Assembly (NCBI GenBank): GCA_964403865.1
Contig: CAYOHS010000001.1
Location: 1-53,783 of the forward strand
Length of the DNA: 53,783 bases
Reading direction: 5' to 3'
Source of the DNA: an uncultured Candidatus Saccharibacteria bacterium
GTDB lineage: Bacteria > Patescibacteriota > Minisyncoccia > Phycocordibacterales > UBA2100
Under the pieces are notes generated by a model. It was not told the DNA's origin and did no database searches. It was given only the letters and a program-made list of their open reading frames with translations. Numbering within the stretch: the first letter of the stretch is position 1; every line of letters begins with the position of its first letter. Shown here piece by piece: positions 50,373 through 53,783 of the stretch. A program made the translations under genes and the position numbers.

Positions 50373-51280
50373 AGAAGAGAAAGCGGCGCATCCTGCGCCC
50401 GAGACACGCGTCCCCGCGTGCTCGCGGGACTGCTCCTCTCGCCGCCGCCGCAGCTCCGAGAGGTCTCGGTCACAGGATGCGCCGCTCAGGCATCGGTGCA
50501 CGGGACTTGAAAACTTTTCGCTCCCAGGTGATAGGGTACTGGAAACAGAGCGGACGCGACCATCTGCCGTGGCGCAAGACACGCGACCCGTATGCGATCC
50601 TTGTCTCGGAGATCATGCTTCAGCAGACGCAGGTGGATCGCGTGATCCCATATTTCGAGCGCTGGATGAAGGCATATCCGACGCCATCGGTTTTGGCGAA
50701 AGCACCTCTCGCTGCCGTCCTGCGTCATTGGAGCGGGCTCGGCTACAACCGTCGTGCGAAGTATCTGCATGAGGCGGCAAAAGCTATCGTGGCGCGGCAT
50801 GAGGGCAAGGTCCCGCGTGGCTATGACGACCTGCGTGCGCTTCCGGGTATCGGGCATTACACGGCTAATGCGGTACGGGTCTTCGCATGGAATGAGCCGG
50901 AGACCCTCATAGAGACGAATGTGCGTGCGGTATTCATCCATCACTTTTATCCGAGAGGTCGTGCGGTGAGCGATGCCCGCCTTTTGCCCCTCATCGCAGA
51001 AGCAGTAGAAGGACAGGATCCGCGGACGTGGTACGCGGCCTTGATGGATTACGGGACCTTCCTCAAGGCGATGCATCCGAACCCGTCGCGCAAGAGCAGA
51101 CATCACACCAAGCAATCGAAGTTTGAGGGATCCCTGAGGCAGGCGCGCGGGGAGATACTCCGCGCTGCGGTAAGAGGGGAATCGCTCGAAGCGGTCCGCA
51201 CGCGGTTTCGGGATACATTTGATCGTGCGCGGGTCGCACTAGAAAAGGAGGGGCTCATACGCACTCGCCCGTTGCCGTGA
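50369..51280 (+). CDS. MutY-like HhH-GPD adenine glycosylase without Fe-S cysteines or a NUDIX-like C-terminal domain
   Basis: LPWRKTRDPYAILVSEIMLQQTQVDRVIPYFERWM, GLGYNRRAKYL and LPGIGHYTANAVRVFA. The region after ALMDYGT has no Cys. The ATG at 50369 overlaps the upstream stop codon (ATGA). The ORF track's longer start at 50060 lies inside the HAD gene. Confidence 0.8.
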   Translation: MKKRKRRILRPRHASPRARGTAPLAAAAAPRGLGHRMRRSGIGARDLKTFRSQVIGYWKQSGRDHLPWRKTRDPYAILVSEIMLQQTQVDRVIPYFERWMKAYPTPSVLAKAPLAAVLRHWSGLGYNRRAKYLHEAAKAIVARHEGKVPRGYDDLRALPGIGHYTANAVRVFAWNEPETLIETNVRAVFIHHFYPRGRAVSDARLLPLIAEAVEGQDPRTWYAALMDYGTFLKAMHPNPSRKSRHHTKQSKFEGSLRQARGEILRAAVRGESLEAVRTRFRDTFDRARVALEKEGLIRTRPLP

Positions 51281-51333
51281 CTTGGTAGTTGGTGTATCTT
51301 CGTCGTAGACGCAAACAGAAATGGGAGTCTGAC

Positions 51334-51741
51334 ATGACTTGTCGCACAGCACGAAATCTTCCGCCACGTCACGGCGGGCTACCGCTTTCGTACCCACCCT
51401 CGCGGCACCAGAGGTGGTTTCATGACCATCCCACGGTGAATCTTTTCTGCTGGGTGTGTGCAGTGTTCGCGCTCGCGCTTGCATGTGCACATTTCTTCCG
51501 GTTCGGGATCGTCGGAACGACGATCGTCATCGCACTCTTGCAGATACCGGTCTGGCTGGTCATCTACGGTAAGCGGTCCTACACCATCGTCAACGCAGCG
51601 ATCGTCGCCTGGCTCTATCCCGTGGCGCTGTCAGCGATGGTGGGAAGTACCCCTATAGCCTGGCAGGCGGTACTGGGTACGCTCGCGTTCGCCGGTATCG
51701 TGCTCGTGTTGCAGTGCTACTTCGCGTCGTCGAGGCGCTGA
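51334..51741 (+). CDS. Hypothetical four-TM membrane protein
   Basis: The ATG at 51334 is preceded by GGGAG with a 6-nt spacer. Four hydrophobic helices. Confidence 0.6.
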   Translation: MTCRTARNLPPRHGGLPLSYPPSRHQRWFHDHPTVNLFCWVCAVFALALACAHFFRFGIVGTTIVIALLQIPVWLVIYGKRSYTIVNAAIVAWLYPVALSAMVGSTPIAWQAVLGTLAFAGIVLVLQCYFASSRR

Positions 51742-51765
51742 GAAACAGGTTCGGAGAGACAGAAA

Positions 51766-51795
51766 CGCCGCGGCTTCCCTAGGGAAGCCGCGGCG
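51766..51795. terminator. Bidirectional terminator: 30-nt perfect palindrome CGCCGCGGCTTCCCT/AGGGAAGCCGCGGCG
   Basis: It lies between convergent genes. It is followed by AAACTTTTG on the + strand and by TTTCTGTCTC on the - strand. Confidence 0.65.
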
Positions 51796-51824
51796 AAACT
51801 TTTGCAGTGTTGACACGCTCTGCA

Positions 51825-53753
51825 CTAGACACTCACGATCACCGGGATGACGATCGGACGCTTCTGCGTGCGCGTGAGGAGGAACTTCGAGACATCCTCG
51901 GCGAGATCATCGCGGGCGCGGTCGATGTCGGCGTTGGGATGGCGCAGCGAGTGCTCGACCGACTTGCGTACGATGAGGCGCGTCTGGTCCATGAGGTCCT
52001 TGTTGTCGCGCAGATACACGAAGCCGCGAGAGATGATGTCGGGCGACTTGTGCAAGCGGCCAGAGCGTTTGTCTACCGTGGCGACGACGACACAGAAACC
52101 TTCCTGGCCGAGTGCCTTGCGATCGCGCATCAGGACATCGGAGAGTTCGCTGACGGTCGTGCCTTCGACGACGCGCAGCTCGGACGGCGCCTTGAGCGGA
52201 TGCTTGTCGATCTTCTCGCCGTTGTGGATCTCGATGATCGAGCTGTTGTCCGGTATCTGGACATGCGACGGGTCCATGCCCAGCTCCTGTGCGAGGTGGC
52301 CGTGGACGCGCAGCATGTAGTGGTAGCCGTGGACCGGGACGAAGAAGTTCGGGCGGATCTGCTTGTGGATCCAGACCGCCTCTTCGCGATTGCCGTGGCC
52401 GGAGGCATGCACGTCGGACGCGTGATAGGTGATGATGTGTGCGCCCTGGCGCGAGAGATTATCCTTGAGCTTCTGCACTGCGCGCTCGTTGCCGGGGATG
52501 ACCGAGGATGAGAGCACGACGGTGTCCTTCGGCGTAAGACGGATGTACTTGTGCGATTTGTTGCCGATACGGGCGAGCGAGGCGAATTCGTCGCCTTGCG
52601 CACCCGTGGCGAGGATCACGATGCGCTCGGGCGGGAAGCGATCGAGGTCTTCTACTTGGATGACGGTGTCGTCCTTGTACTTGATGAGACCGAGCTCACG
52701 CGCGATCTCGATGTTGGTGCGCATCGACCTGCCGTCGATCACGATCTTCTTGCCGTAGGTCTCGGCGAACTCGACGATACGGATGAGGCGCTCGAGATGC
52801 GATGCGAACATCGCGATGATGAGTCGACCCGTCGCGTCCTTGATGATGCGCTCGAGGGTCGCGTAGACGTTGCGCTCTGGGATCGAGAAGCCGGGCTGCC
52901 AGACGTTGGTGGAGTCCATGAGGAGACAGAGGACCTTGCGATCCTTGAAGATGCTGAATTCTTTTTTCTCTTCGTCGGACGGATCGCCATCGGCGTGGTT
53001 GAGCTTGATGTCACCGGTGAAGACGACATCGCCCCAGGCGGTCTCGATGATGATACCCATAGAATCCGGCACGGTGTGGGTGACGCCGAAGAAGCGGATG
53101 GTGTGAGAGCCGAGCTTCAAGACCTCGTTCTTCTCGACTTCGCGGATGACGACCGGGGCGGAGCCCACGAACTCTTCCTGGCGCTTCTTGATCATCATGC
53201 CGGTAAGGCGACGCGTGTAGATCGTCGGATTGCCGATGCGGTCGATGACGTAGGGGATACCACCGATGTGATCGAGGTGACCATGTGAGATGAGGAGTCC
53301 GCGGATCTTGTCGCGACGCTCTTCGAGGTAGCCGGTATTCGGAAGGATGTAATCGATGCCCGGCGTCTCTTCTTCGCGGAACTGGAAGCCCGCATCGAGG
53401 ATGAAGATGTCGTTGCCGACTTCGACGGCGGTCATGTTGCGGCCGATCTCTTCGACGCCGCCGAGTGGGATGATGCGGACCACGTCGTCTTTCGGCGGCG
53501 GGATCTGCACGTTCTTGGGAGCCTCGGCGCGATCAGACGGGGTCTGATGTGCGACACGCTGCTTACCGCGACGGGGCGGGCGTGACGGGCCGTAGTGGCC
53601 TGGGCGGCGGCGTGGACCACCGGAGTTGCCGCCACCGGGGCGGCCATGCGGACGCGCCGGAGCGCGGCCTGGTTGTGCAGGTCGAGCGCCACCTTGCGGG
53701 ACGAACGACTTCTGCGGGCGGCCCTGTGAGGGCTGCTCTGAGGGAGAAAACAT
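51825..53753 (-). CDS. rnj: Ribonuclease J (metallo-beta-lactamase/beta-CASP) with an Arg/Gly/Pro-rich N-terminal extension
   Basis: IIPLGGVEEIGRNMTAVE, FILDAGFQF, ISHGHLDHIGG, GDIKLNH, HASGHG and VPVHGYHYML. The first ~90 aa are a low-complexity R/G/P/Q region. Confidence 0.95.
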   Translation of the reverse strand: MFSPSEQPSQGRPQKSFVPQGGARPAQPGRAPARPHGRPGGGNSGGPRRRPGHYGPSRPPRRGKQRVAHQTPSDRAEAPKNVQIPPPKDDVVRIIPLGGVEEIGRNMTAVEVGNDIFILDAGFQFREEETPGIDYILPNTGYLEERRDKIRGLLISHGHLDHIGGIPYVIDRIGNPTIYTRRLTGMMIKKRQEEFVGSAPVVIREVEKNEVLKLGSHTIRFFGVTHTVPDSMGIIIETAWGDVVFTGDIKLNHADGDPSDEEKKEFSIFKDRKVLCLLMDSTNVWQPGFSIPERNVYATLERIIKDATGRLIIAMFASHLERLIRIVEFAETYGKKIVIDGRSMRTNIEIARELGLIKYKDDTVIQVEDLDRFPPERIVILATGAQGDEFASLARIGNKSHKYIRLTPKDTVVLSSSVIPGNERAVQKLKDNLSRQGAHIITYHASDVHASGHGNREEAVWIHKQIRPNFFVPVHGYHYMLRVHGHLAQELGMDPSHVQIPDNSSIIEIHNGEKIDKHPLKAPSELRVVEGTTVSELSDVLMRDRKALGQEGFCVVVATVDKRSGRLHKSPDIISRGFVYLRDNKDLMDQTRLIVRKSVEHSLRHPNADIDRARDDLAEDVSKFLLTRTQKRPIVIPVIVSV

Positions 53754-53783
53754 ATCTATCTAGCTAGTTGATAATTGATAATC

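Noticed and set aside
1-53783. tRNA, rRNA and mobile-element genes
   Set aside because: No intergenic region is long enough for rRNA. No GTTCGAATC-type T-arm or cloverleaf was seen in the intergenic spacers. No transposase, integrase or recombinase motifs and no terminal inverted repeats flanking a gene were found. The lower-GC patches (about 41240-41690, 43190-44330 and 47490-47860) lack flanking direct repeats.
53762-53783. Tandem TTGATAA-TTGATAA upstream of the rnj start at the window edge
   Set aside because: Only two copies are visible and the region is cut by the window end. I cannot tell an operator or promoter element from chance A/T-rich sequence without the upstream context.

Overview
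The window is a GC-rich, tightly packed bacterial chromosomal segment. I call about 62 protein-coding genes, mostly on the + strand, and found no rRNA, tRNA, CRISPR array, transposase or integrase. The content suggests a reduced-genome uncultured lineage, possibly Patescibacteria/CPR-like; this is inference only. Supporting signs are many secreted peptidoglycan-binding and Ig-repeat proteins, minimal versions of core enzymes and very short intergenic spacers.

Recognisable core genes:
- obg, a Pif1-like helicase and a DipZ-like CcdA-thioredoxin fusion followed by msrA and msrB.
- A LemA/TPM pair.
- A seven-gene operon: 2-hydroxyacid dehydrogenase, glycerate kinase, eno, a mini pyruvate kinase, a SerB-like phosphatase, serA and a SerC-like aminotransferase.
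- An ArsR-family regulator with an FMN reductase, a SanA-like protein and a GH18 hydrolase.
- A DsbA-like protein, a snapalysin-like protease and glmS.
- metK behind a SAM-I riboswitch.
- A YvcK/CofD-like protein, Gmad2 and SIMPL proteins, nth, a MutY-like glycosylase and rnj.

Observations most worth follow-up:
1. A cell-surface gene cluster at the left edge (1-4269). It resembles the Firmicute WxL/DUF916 Csc clusters but lacks the tryptophans and includes a dockerin-bearing protein.
2. A structured leader with an intrinsic-terminator hairpin in front of a 416-aa orphan protein (8917-10400).
3. About twenty genes with a -10-like TANNNT hexamer 5-7 nt upstream of the start codon, which implies widespread leaderless mRNAs.
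4. An A-domain-only pyruvate kinase inside the serine/glycerate/lower-glycolysis operon.
5. A compositionally mosaic membrane protein with a PP2C-like domain and His/Gly-rich tails (42981-45146), next to a Cys-rich orphan that may be co-transcribed with the riboswitch-controlled metK.
6. Two HhH DNA glycosylases that both lack the usual four-cysteine Fe-S motif.
7. Perfect palindromic candidate operators for the XRE and ArsR regulators.

All functional calls rest on motifs read by eye from the translations. No database search was run.
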